UHGV virus genome: UHGV-0197611
Direction: 5' to 3' (one strand)
Origin: a virus
DNA length: 15,153 nt
In this document: positions 1 through 7,845 of the stretch, one piece after another
Layout of the letters: each line of letters begins with the position of its first letter
Numbering within the stretch: position 1 is the stretch's first letter
Made by a program: the position numbers and the translations under genes
Notes under the pieces: generated by a model
The model's input: only the letters and a program-made list of their open reading frames with translations
Told to the model about the DNA's origin: nothing
Databases searched by the model: none

Positions 1-110
1 ATAATATTTCGTCCACCGATACCCTTTATTTGGGTATCGCGAGTAAGCCCCAGAATCTGGGTGTTACTCTTACTACCCAAACTACGGGTAGTTTCCGTAG
101 TTTCATGGTC

Positions 111-179
111 GAGTTGCAGATCTGCAACTCACCCACCAGCCAACCCATTTTGGGGCTGTCGGGAATATCAACCAGTTAC
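111..179. repeat. Left-end repeated module, copy A: perfect 20-bp palindrome GAGTTGCAGATCTGCAACTC (111-130) followed by CCAGCCAAC (136-144), ATTTTG (147-152), TCGGGAATATCA (159-170), AGTTAC (174-179)
   Basis: Read directly. The same ordered set of motifs recurs at 422-482 with near-identical spacing. Confidence 0.7.
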
Positions 180-421
180 TGACAATGCTCTGGGCGTTCT
201 GTCTAGCTGGTGGCTGTGGCTGGACGCTAATTTTTGCGTACCACTTTTGCGCACTTTTTCAGGGTCGGATTTCAGATCCCCACCATTCTGGGAGCAGTTG
301 CAGGGGCCGAATAAATCAATAGCCGTGCTGGTAACGTTTTGCATGACAAGTTTTGACAGTTTTTTATCTTCCGGCCTCCTCAAAATTGAGGATTGAAGAA
401 AAGTCAATGGGTTAGGTCATC

Positions 422-482
422 GTGCAAATTTGCACTATGCCAGCCAACGCAATTTTGCGTTATCGGGAATATCAGCAAGTTA
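422..482. repeat. Left-end repeated module, copy B: 14-bp palindrome GTGCAAATTTGCAC (422-435), CCAGCCAAC (440-448), ATTTTG (452-457), TCGGGAATATCA (462-473), AGTTAC (477-482)
   Basis: Read directly. Lies immediately 3' of the 96-aa ORF on the minus strand, whose TAA stop at 480-482 sits inside the AGTTAC motif. Confidence 0.7.
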
Positions 483-770
483 CCGCCGCAGTCGTTCCGG
501 CTTCTTCCACTGGTAAGTATTTTTCGCGCTCTCCCTCCGTTGTTGAGAACGGCGACGGTATGCCAGCAACTCAAGGACTCTGGTTCGTATGTTGCGCATA
601 TCCACGCCGTTAAGCTCAATACCGTCACGGCGCATCACCTCAGCCACCACACGCGCGTAATTTTCGGCTATCACGCTGTCCGGCTGTGTAGCCTGTTCGT
701 CAGGCTGCTGACTGATTCCGGTAATGCGGCGAATTATTTTTAGTAGATCAGTTTCAGTCATTCTCGTCAT
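480..770 (-). CDS. Hypothetical protein (96 aa), translationally coupled to TerL; basic C-terminus
   Basis: ATG at 770-768 overlaps the TerL TGA stop (ATGA, 767-770). No recognisable motif. A plus-strand ORF (393..743) overlaps it and cannot be fully excluded. Confidence 0.5.
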   Translation of the reverse strand: MTRMTETDLLKIIRRITGISQQPDEQATQPDSVIAENYARVVAEVMRRDGIELNGVDMRNIRTRVLELLAYRRRSQQRRESAKNTYQWKKPERLRR

Positions 771-2428
771 ACCCCATCAAACGCCGCAAGTCGCTCTTTG
801 TGGCTGTCGCTCATATCAAATGCAAATTCCTCATGCTCTGCCTGGAATGTGCCAAACGCCATCAGCGCCGCAACGCTCGGGTCTATCTTGTTGGATGATT
901 TTTTCTTGTTCGGCTTGATATTGGCGTTCGCGTCACTCTGCATCACAACATTACTCATTGACCAGGCCAGCACCGGATCACCACGATGCACAATCACCTT
1001 CCGGTTAACAAAAACTTCGAACGATTTCGCCGCCGGACTGAAACGAAGGTATGTTTGCGGGAACGGCTCCACCTCAAATCCTGCCCCCTGTAGCTGCGTC
1101 CTCAGGTGCGTGGCGTTCCATGTATCGAAGCCCACCAGCCTGATATTGAAATTCTCTGCATCCGCCATGATGTCATCACGGATACGGTCATAATCAATGC
1201 AGTCACCCGGTGTTGTGCGTATCCAGCCCGCCTTTACCCACTGGCGATAGATGGCGCGGTTTTTATTGGCGGGGTTCTGTAGCTGAAATTCCGGCAGATA
1301 GTGACGGGAAACCAGCATAATCTTTTTACCGACCGGAAAGGCATAGCACACGCTGGAAATATCGCTGGTTGATGATAAGTCCAGCCCCGCGTAGCACTCC
1401 TGCCCGTATAAATCCGCCTCCGCGAACGTTCCGGCGCACTCCGCCCATGCACCGTTACCCATCCACGGCGTAGCCCCCTGACACCAGATATTGAATCGCT
1501 TGGTGAGCATTTCCACCCACTGCGACGGAATACCCCGCGCTTTCTGGATGGTTGAGGCCAGTTTTTCACGATCGACGGAAACATCGATATTTGGATTCGC
1601 CTTTATCCACATCGCCGGATCGTCAACCTCGCTTTCATCATCCAGCTCGTAAATCAGAACGAACATGGATTCGTTCATCTCTTCACCATCCAGTATCTGA
1701 CAGCAATAGTCATAGTGTTGTTTACAGGCTGAAACAACGTTGCTCCCCGATGTGGTGATGGCAAATAACAGCCCCTCCGGACGCGCCCCCATCCCCAGCT
1801 CAAGTGCGGAATAAACCCCGTTGTCTGGGTGCAGGTGATATTCATCCACAATGGCAAGACTCGGGTTTGTCCCCTCAATGGTTGCCGCTTTTGCTGCCAG
1901 TGGCTTTAACAGGCTGTTGGTTTTCGGGTGTATCACCTTGTGCGCCTGAATATTTACCCGCTTTCGTAACGGTCGGGATAAAAGGCACATCTGACGCGCA
2001 TCATCAAACACGATCCGCGCCTGATCACGACTCACGGCGGCGGTGTAAATATCCTGCTGCCCGTTTTCCATAACCAGAAACCAGTTAGCCAGGATAGCGG
2101 CGACCGTGGATTTGGCATTTTTTCGCGGTACTTCAATGAATGCGCTGGTGTATTTGCGCCGTCCGGTGGCCTTAACCTTAAAGCCCAGGATGCAGGCAAA
2201 GGCGAACTGCTGCCACGGCTCCAGTTCAATGGGACTACCGCGCATTGCGCCTTTTACGTGCGGACACACCCGGGAAAAGGCAATAAACCGCTCCACGACA
2301 TCCGGATCGAACGTGTAAAGGGAGTTTTCAAGGTCAGAAAAATACCGTTTAACGGCCTGTTTCAGTCGTTTACAGGCCGTAATTTTGCCGTTTTTTACGC
2401 CTTCTGCGTACTCATGCCAGGCGGTCAA
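767..2428 (-). CDS. terL: Terminase large subunit (HK97-like Terminase_1 type)
   Basis: 553-aa translation with deviant Walker A-like VPRKNAKST and Walker B-like LAIVDEYH, and overall large-terminase character. The only in-frame start before the conserved N-terminus is TTG at 2428-2426. The TerS stop (2412-2414) overlaps the 5' end. Confidence 0.92.
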   Translation of the reverse strand: MTAWHEYAEGVKNGKITACKRLKQAVKRYFSDLENSLYTFDPDVVERFIAFSRVCPHVKGAMRGSPIELEPWQQFAFACILGFKVKATGRRKYTSAFIEVPRKNAKSTVAAILANWFLVMENGQQDIYTAAVSRDQARIVFDDARQMCLLSRPLRKRVNIQAHKVIHPKTNSLLKPLAAKAATIEGTNPSLAIVDEYHLHPDNGVYSALELGMGARPEGLLFAITTSGSNVVSACKQHYDYCCQILDGEEMNESMFVLIYELDDESEVDDPAMWIKANPNIDVSVDREKLASTIQKARGIPSQWVEMLTKRFNIWCQGATPWMGNGAWAECAGTFAEADLYGQECYAGLDLSSTSDISSVCYAFPVGKKIMLVSRHYLPEFQLQNPANKNRAIYRQWVKAGWIRTTPGDCIDYDRIRDDIMADAENFNIRLVGFDTWNATHLRTQLQGAGFEVEPFPQTYLRFSPAAKSFEVFVNRKVIVHRGDPVLAWSMSNVVMQSDANANIKPNKKKSSNKIDPSVAALMAFGTFQAEHEEFAFDMSDSHKERLAAFDGV

Positions 2429-2768
2429 GTTCGTCCTCTTCCTCTGTTTCCGGTGGATTTCTGCGACGGCTTACCGGGTCAAAACCCAGCAAAGAAGCCA
2501 TTTTGATCATTATTCTTTCTGCGTCAGCCTTTGCGCTCAGTGCGGGGTTTCTGCTCTCGCTGCCCTGACTGTTAACAATGCTGAACCCGCGCGTCGCAAG
2601 GTCTTCGACGGCTTTGCGGTATATGGAGTAGTTAACACAATACAGTTCCAGATTGCTCCAGTCGGCGGGGGTAAGGTCTTCCCGCCCGGAAAGCTGGCGC
2701 GATTTTTCCTTCCACTGCCTGACCGCGATTTCATCCAGGTAAGCGGGGGCTTTTGGTGGTCTTGCCAT
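2412..2768 (-). CDS. terS: Terminase small subunit (P27-family-like)
   Basis: ATG at 2768-2766 gives 118 aa beginning MARPPKAPAYLDEIAVRQW... with the conserved LELYCVNYSIY segment typical of P27-type small terminases. The longer track ORF (to 2909) starts upstream at a non-conserved extension. Confidence 0.82.
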   Translation of the reverse strand: MARPPKAPAYLDEIAVRQWKEKSRQLSGREDLTPADWSNLELYCVNYSIYRKAVEDLATRGFSIVNSQGSESRNPALSAKADAERIMIKMASLLGFDPVSRRRNPPETEEEDELDRLA

Positions 2769-2887
2769 GTTCTTTTTTCGCCCAATTATTTTCAAAAAAA
2801 TTACCGTGCACAAAAATTTGAGGGGGCGGTCGGTGTCCGGCAGGGACGGTTTCGTCCTGAAAACCACCCCCACCCCCTCTGACGGCC
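2769..2887. other. Structured intergenic region between HNH gene cluster and terS; candidate cos/packaging-initiation region or attenuator
   Basis: G/C-run inverted repeat GAGGGGG (2820-2826) / CCCCCTC (2873-2879) enclosing an imperfect hairpin CAGGGACGGTTTCGTCCTG, flanked on the terS side by A/T runs. Its position between HNH and terS is where HK97-type cos sites are expected. Confidence 0.3.
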
Positions 2888-3073
2888 TCACCAGCGATTG
2901 CGAAAACATTCCATGACCTCGCGGTCACGGTCGGTTAATCGCTTCGCTGTGGTGCGTTTTGTGCGCCCTGTCCTGTTGGCTTTGTGCTCTGTCTCCTGTG
3001 TCTTCCATGTGTCACGCTGCCTTATCAGTCCACGTATCAGCCTGGTTTGCTCCTGTTCAGTCATCATCGCCAT
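2888..3073 (-). CDS. Small basic hypothetical protein (about 61 aa), start overlapping the HNH stop
   Basis: ORF MAMMTEQEQTRLIRGLIRQRDTWKTQ... fills part of the 288-bp gap between HNH and terS. No clear RBS. The track's 126-aa version overlaps HNH in another frame and is unlikely. Confidence 0.3.
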   Translation of the reverse strand: MAMMTEQEQTRLIRGLIRQRDTWKTQETEHKANRTGRTKRTTAKRLTDRDREVMECFRNRW

Positions 3074-3497
3074 ACATCCAGTCGTTACGGTGTGCCGCCC
3101 GTTCTTCCTGCTCGCGATACATGCCCGCTTTACGGTTTGCTTTCGTGGCTGGATCTTCCCGTGTCGTCTTACGGTTGTGGCACGTCTGGCACAATGCCTG
3201 GTGATTCCACTCAGGCCAGAAGAGAACATCACCGCCGCCATTGATGGGAATGATGTGATCCACCACAAGAGCTGGCGTATAAATCCCCTTAGCCAGACAA
3301 CGCACGCATAACGGGTTTTTGCTCAGGTACAGGGCGCGGTATTTGTCCCACTGTCGGGAATACCCGCGCGCGCGGCGGTGTCCCCGTCTGGCATCCTCTG
3401 CACGCCATGCAGCCCGCCTGTGCTCTTCACACTTGCCGGACTTCACGCGCTTATTACAGCCAGGCTCAGTGCATCGCCTTAATGGTTGCCACGGCAT
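3057..3497 (-). CDS. HNH endonuclease (terminase-associated type)
   Basis: 146 aa with Cys pairs (CTEPGC, CVRC, CQTC) and the HNH core DHIIPINGGGD...NHQALCQTCHNRK. ATG at 3497-3495 overlaps the upstream gene's TGA stop (TGATG). Confidence 0.88.
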   Translation of the reverse strand: MPWQPLRRCTEPGCNKRVKSGKCEEHRRAAWRAEDARRGHRRARGYSRQWDKYRALYLSKNPLCVRCLAKGIYTPALVVDHIIPINGGGDVLFWPEWNHQALCQTCHNRKTTREDPATKANRKAGMYREQEERAAHRNDWMYGDDD

Positions 3498-3799
3498 CAG
3501 TACACCCCTACGTCACGATAAACTGACCAGAGCGCAGAAATAGCCATAGGCAGTTCCGAGTGCTCCACTGGTGAAACCGCTTCCCGGTTCTCGTACAGGA
3601 AAGCGATGTACATCAGGCAACCAACACGCATTGCCGGGGTAAATTCCAGCCCGTCTTCAAAACGTTTCCCGATATGCTTCTGGCAGGCTTCCAGCGCCGC
3701 ATCGGTATACATTTTCAGAAGTTCGCCTTCACCGGATAAATCATCATCAAGTCGAAGATGTGCCCTGACTTCATCAGGTGTAATTCTGGCTTCACTCAT
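3497..3799 (-). CDS. Head-tail connector protein (gp6-like, Phage_connect_1 type)
   Basis: ATG at 3799-3797 preceded by GGGAGA RBS. The 100-aa product MSEARITPDEVRAHLRLDDD... matches the characteristic N-terminus of gp6-like connectors. The track ORF begins at an upstream GTG. Confidence 0.75.
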   Translation of the reverse strand: MSEARITPDEVRAHLRLDDDLSGEGELLKMYTDAALEACQKHIGKRFEDGLEFTPAMRVGCLMYIAFLYENREAVSPVEHSELPMAISALWSVYRDVGVY

Positions 3800-5006
3800 C
3801 TTTTCTCCCTTTAATTTCCACAGTCTGTTTCCATGCCTGGCTGAACTCATCACCACCTTCACGCGGCGGCATACCCTCACGCTCACGGGCTTCGTTCGGA
3901 TTCATGATCCCGTTCTTAATCCCTTTCTCATACGTGGCATAACGTTCGGTGGGTGTGGCGCGTAATAAATCGGCTGAATCAAACTCAACCAGATAACGGG
4001 TACCAGGTACGGGAGAAGCCACCAGCAAAGCGGCCTTGATTTGCTGTTCGAAGTTCGCCAGCCACGGGCGCATTGTCATGGTCAGAAACGCGCGGCTTGC
4101 CTCGCTGAAATTGCTGTAGGTGCTGTTGCTGTATTCCTGCAGAAAAATAGGCGATACGTTGAACATGCGGGCGATGTCTTCAATGGAGAAGCGACGGGAG
4201 GCCAGCCATTCCGCATCCTGGTTACTCATTCCCAGTTGCCTGTAATCCATGCCCCCTTCAAGGATTGGCGTTTTTCCGGCATTTTTCGCCCCCTTGTAGC
4301 GTTCCAGAGCATCCAATGCCTGTTTACCTTTCACGCCGTCCAGCCATTCGCCTGACGTGATAATCCCTGCCGCCATCATGCCATCTTTCATAATGCTGGC
4401 TCCGTGGCGCTGTTGAGCAAGGCCAAGCCCAAGTGCCTCACGGCAAATCGTGACGGGGGAGCGCCCCAGAAAGCCATCATCCGAGGCATAGCGGAGATGC
4501 AGAACTTCTTCCTGTAAATACGTGCGCACCGTTCCTGTATAGGGTTCGGTGATGGTATAGCGGTATTTGTGTGCGCCTGTGCGTTCCGGTACAACACACC
4601 CCGGCGCATAAGGATGAAGTGATTTTGGCTGCCCGTCCTGCCCCCACTCAATAACCGCATAGGCGTTACCGTTCAGCAGGCAGTGACGCATCATTGTGCG
4701 TTTAAACTGGTAAGGTGTCTGGCACGAATTAGGCTGCTCATTCAGCAGAATATCTACCGGGTGACTGTCCAGCCATTCCCGCGCCTCCCTGCCCTTGTCA
4801 TTACGTACCAGATACAGATAACACGGCATCGTGGCCACCGCCTCAGCGATGACAGAAACCGCATTCATCACTGCAGGCAATGATTCAGCCGTCCCGGCAG
4901 AAACATATTCTCCGGATCCGGTATTCGGTACGCCGGACAGCGCCAGAAAATCATCAATGGACAGGTTACGCTGCTCGCTTTTTTTACGACTAAAAGGCCA
5001 CCACAT
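3792..5006 (-). CDS. Portal protein (HK97 family-like)
   Basis: About 400-aa product downstream of the prohead protease and upstream of the connector. Start chosen at ATG 5006-5004 (MWWPF...), 1 nt after the protease TGA stop. The track's TTG start at 5096 would overlap the protease gene by 90 nt. Confidence 0.85.
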   Translation of the reverse strand: MWWPFSRKKSEQRNLSIDDFLALSGVPNTGSGEYVSAGTAESLPAVMNAVSVIAEAVATMPCYLYLVRNDKGREAREWLDSHPVDILLNEQPNSCQTPYQFKRTMMRHCLLNGNAYAVIEWGQDGQPKSLHPYAPGCVVPERTGAHKYRYTITEPYTGTVRTYLQEEVLHLRYASDDGFLGRSPVTICREALGLGLAQQRHGASIMKDGMMAAGIITSGEWLDGVKGKQALDALERYKGAKNAGKTPILEGGMDYRQLGMSNQDAEWLASRRFSIEDIARMFNVSPIFLQEYSNSTYSNFSEASRAFLTMTMRPWLANFEQQIKAALLVASPVPGTRYLVEFDSADLLRATPTERYATYEKGIKNGIMNPNEAREREGMPPREGGDEFSQAWKQTVEIKGRKDE

Positions 5007-5007
5007 A

Positions 5008-5568
5008 TCACAACCCCGCCAGCTCAGACCAGCGATGACGATTATTTCCTGTCGGGCATAATTCAGGGTGCTGTGCAAACAACGAACGGTGGGCAATCTC
5101 CACGCCAGATTCTGGATAAGCAGGCATCGACGTTATTGTGATTTCACGGAGTTCAGCGGCGGTTACGGTACGCAAATACGGTTTTTGCGCGATACTCCAC
5201 TCCTCGCATAATGCGCGAAAACCAAAGCTCATTCCTGTAATGTCGCCACGCTCCACCAGCGTAAGCACATCTTTTCCAAGCTGGGTATCCGGCGGTGTCA
5301 GTTCAAAACGTAACCCGGTGTTATCCTCAGTCAGTACCAGAGTGCCGGATTTGGTGCGCCCCAGCAGTTGGGTATAGTCATGCTCATACAGGCAGCGCAC
5401 ATCATTACCCGCCGCCAGATAGTCAGCAAAAGCCCCCGGCGTGAACTGTTCGCGGAATTCGTCCCAGATAATTTCTGAAAGGCTGTTCCAGCGAACGGCA
5501 TACCCCACCAGCTTTTTATTGCTGGCGGTCAGTTCAGATGTGCGGATTTCAAAATCGGTGTTTTTCAT
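5008..5568 (-). CDS. Prohead maturation protease (HK97 family, S78-like)
   Basis: 186-aa product with the typical N-terminus (..LVGYAVRWN..) and size. ATG at 5568-5566 with GGAG upstream. Sits between capsid and portal. Confidence 0.88.
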   Translation of the reverse strand: MKNTDFEIRTSELTASNKKLVGYAVRWNSLSEIIWDEFREQFTPGAFADYLAAGNDVRCLYEHDYTQLLGRTKSGTLVLTEDNTGLRFELTPPDTQLGKDVLTLVERGDITGMSFGFRALCEEWSIAQKPYLRTVTAAELREITITSMPAYPESGVEIAHRSLFAQHPELCPTGNNRHRWSELAGL

Positions 5569-5587
5569 CGGTGTACTCCATAAAGCT

Positions 5588-5609
5588 GAAAAAGGAGGCC
5601 GCAGCCTCC
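5588..5609 (-). terminator. Intrinsic terminator/attenuator immediately downstream of the major capsid gene
   Basis: Minus-strand stem GGAGGC-(TGCG)-GCCTCC (plus 5594-5609) followed by TTTTTC (plus 5588-5593), 14 nt after the capsid TAG stop. Confidence 0.6.
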
Positions 5610-5622
5610 TCCTTACTCATGA

Positions 5623-6792
5623 CTAGCCAGCTTTCATTTCCAGAATTTTGATGGCGTTTGAATCCACCACACCACCGCCCAGATATTTATCCGTGTGGAC
5701 CTTGTAGAATCCGGGTTCAGTAATGTTGTCCGGTCGGGTGCGAATCCCTGTTACATGATCAACGATGAAATAACCACGACTGAAATCGCCAACCGCTAGC
5801 GGTGCTTTTCCTGCGCCGATGTCCGGCATGGACTCCAGGCAGTAAACAGGACGACCAAGCAACATATCCGGCGCACCTTCTTTAAGGCTGTCGCGCCAGA
5901 TATAATCGCCGTTCTCATTTTTCAGCTTCTGTAGTGTCCCTGCCGTGCCCGAGTTCATCACCCAGACGGCATTTTTGCGGTATTTCGCTTTCAGCTTGTA
6001 GAGAATGTCGATCAGTTCGTCCGCTGTAATGGCGGTTCCACTTGCCGCTACCATTTTTTCAATGGTGCCAAAAGCGCGGGTTTTGTCACTGGTCGCCGCA
6101 CGGGTGTAAGCCATGAAGCCTTTCGGCTTGCCGTTACCGTTGCCATTAACAAAATCATCCTCTTCGGTGCTGGCGAACGTGTCGGCAATTTCGGAGGATA
6201 ACCAGCCCAGAATATCCACCTCTGAAAAATCTAGGATTTCCTGCGTGGTTTTCGGGTAGGCGTAGATCGGGTTCAGCTTGATGGTTACGCGTTCAATTTT
6301 CGGGGTGTTGGTTTCACTGCGTGCGCTGCCTTCTGTGCCTCGTCCTACAGTTGCGCCGCCAGTGGAAACCAGTTTCTGAAACTCATTTGATTTTGCAGTC
6401 TTCACGGTCGCGATCACGCGCATAACACTGTCATCCTGTAGCTGGCGCATGACTTCGCGATCAAGCTCAGGAATTACGGTATATCCGCCATCCCTGCCGC
6501 TGTCAGTGCTGGTGGACAGAGATCGCACATCTCCGGTTACGATGTAGTTACGCAATTCATCAGATGATACTTTCTGGATGCCCGTTCCTGGCTTGCTGCG
6601 TTCTTCATCAGCCACAGACTCGAGGCGGGAAATGTCTGTATCGAGGGAATCAGCTTTTGCACGCAGTTCATCAAACTGTTTGCCCTCGTCATCGTTCAGG
6701 CTGCGGTTTTCACTGTCGGCTTTTTCCAGCAGGGATCGCATCTGGTTTTTCAGGGCGTTTTTTTGCTGGCGGAGCTCGATTAATTTCTTCAT
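5623..6792 (-). CDS. Major capsid protein (HK97 fold) with N-terminal delta/scaffolding-like coiled-coil domain
   Basis: 389 aa. The N-terminal ~100 residues are charged and coiled-coil-like (MKKLIELRQQKNALKNQMRSLLEKAD...) and are followed by a capsid body. ATG at 6792-6790. Gene order capsid-protease-portal. Confidence 0.9.
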   Translation of the reverse strand: MKKLIELRQQKNALKNQMRSLLEKADSENRSLNDDEGKQFDELRAKADSLDTDISRLESVADEERSKPGTGIQKVSSDELRNYIVTGDVRSLSTSTDSGRDGGYTVIPELDREVMRQLQDDSVMRVIATVKTAKSNEFQKLVSTGGATVGRGTEGSARSETNTPKIERVTIKLNPIYAYPKTTQEILDFSEVDILGWLSSEIADTFASTEEDDFVNGNGNGKPKGFMAYTRAATSDKTRAFGTIEKMVAASGTAITADELIDILYKLKAKYRKNAVWVMNSGTAGTLQKLKNENGDYIWRDSLKEGAPDMLLGRPVYCLESMPDIGAGKAPLAVGDFSRGYFIVDHVTGIRTRPDNITEPGFYKVHTDKYLGGGVVDSNAIKILEMKAG

Positions 6793-7039
6793 GAAGGTTT
6801 TCTCGTATTGGTTAAGATTCAGGACGTGAAACCAACACGGAGGGAGCGCCGCCCGACACTCTCGGCATCTCGCAGATCAACCCGGCATCGCGCAGGGGAT
6901 CGGACGGCAACAGTGGCGGCTCACGTCTGAGTGCCACTATTTAAGATATGGATCAAAAAATTGATGTAAATAAGGTATTTTTGTTACGAACAGTCTTGAA
7001 TGTTAACACACAAATAATTTACAAAAATGCTGATAAACT

Positions 7040-7786
7040 ATGGAGATTCAAGTGACAAAAGAAATTCTTGCTGTTCCTGGGATGCGACCATCCCCATTGT
7101 TCAAAAGGACTTATAAATTAGTTCGGGAGATTGACGAAAGATTAACCAAACTGATTCATAGATGGCGATTTTTCAATGCAGGCCCCCCCATGAAAGTTAC
7201 TGCATATGATGGAACAGAAATATGCTATCAAGGTTTGGCATTTAAAGGTACTCCCGTTCAAATTTTTTGGAATGGTTTTATCGATCCTTACATTGAAAAT
7301 AACTCAGAAATTGTTTTAGAGCAGACCTCCGCGTTAGCAATTGAATGTCAATTCTCAATAGAGGAGTCAATCGAGGAGGCTAAATTACTATTACTTGTGA
7401 TGATTCGCAGGCTTTACTATGAAATGGCCGAAACAGATAAAATATTAAGAGGTGATGGGTTTTCCTTCCCAGAAAAAAAAGACGTTAGTGGTTATATTGA
7501 AAGTATCTCTCAAAAAATCATAGAACATGCTGAAATTGAAAAGCTAAAAAAAACGCATCCAAAACAAAACATATTCAACATAGCTACTGTAAATAGCCAA
7601 TACGTACAACTTGGTACAAATAACAATATTAATATACAAGAGCTCTCTGAGTTCTTCTCAAAAATTGCATCAACTGGTGAAAAAGAAATTATTACTCTCT
7701 CAAAAAACCTTCTTAAGAAGGCCTACTCAAAAAACTTACTGAGTAAAGAAAACTATGAAGCTCTAATATCAAACCTTAACACATAG
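7040..7786 (+). CDS. Hypothetical protein (248 aa), first gene of AT-rich plus-strand cassette
   Basis: Long ORF in a markedly AT-rich segment on the opposite strand to all flanking modules. Its C-terminal region (FNIATVNSQYVQLGTNNNINI...KNLLKK) is paralogous to the C-terminus of the next gene. No strong SD upstream. Confidence 0.72.
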   Translation: MEIQVTKEILAVPGMRPSPLFKRTYKLVREIDERLTKLIHRWRFFNAGPPMKVTAYDGTEICYQGLAFKGTPVQIFWNGFIDPYIENNSEIVLEQTSALAIECQFSIEESIEEAKLLLLVMIRRLYYEMAETDKILRGDGFSFPEKKDVSGYIESISQKIIEHAEIEKLKKTHPKQNIFNIATVNSQYVQLGTNNNINIQELSEFFSKIASTGEKEIITLSKNLLKKAYSKNLLSKENYEALISNLNT

Positions 7787-7845
7787 ACAAAATACACTTT
7801 CAAATCTACTAGTTAAACGCAAAAGCGATCACGAGGAGCAACATA

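Noticed and set aside
61-743. Plus-strand ORFs 61..396 and 393..743
   Set aside because: They cover the repeated structured modules and overlap the terL-coupled minus-strand ORF. There are no convincing start signals. Not excluded with certainty, but not supported.
2385-2928. Plus-strand and alternative minus-strand ORFs (165 aa, 82 aa, 65 aa) overlapping terS and the HNH-terS gap
   Set aside because: They overlap a well-supported terminase small subunit gene or the structured intergenic region, and have no start signals or recognisable content. They are typical spurious ORFs of GC-rich sequence.
5007-5096. Track start of the portal ORF at 5096 (MPTVRCLHS...)
   Set aside because: That start codon is TTG with GGAG abutting it and would overlap the protease gene by 90 nt. 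The ATG at 5006 immediately after the protease stop is more plausible.
6564-6829. Plus-strand ORFs antisense to the start of the capsid gene
   Set aside because: They overlap a strongly supported major capsid gene and its leader, and have no independent signals.
7100-7130. Rx5H (HEPN-like) motif RLTKLIH in the first cassette protein
   Set aside because: Such short motifs occur by chance and there is no supporting conserved context that I can verify without profile searches. It is left as an untested hint only.
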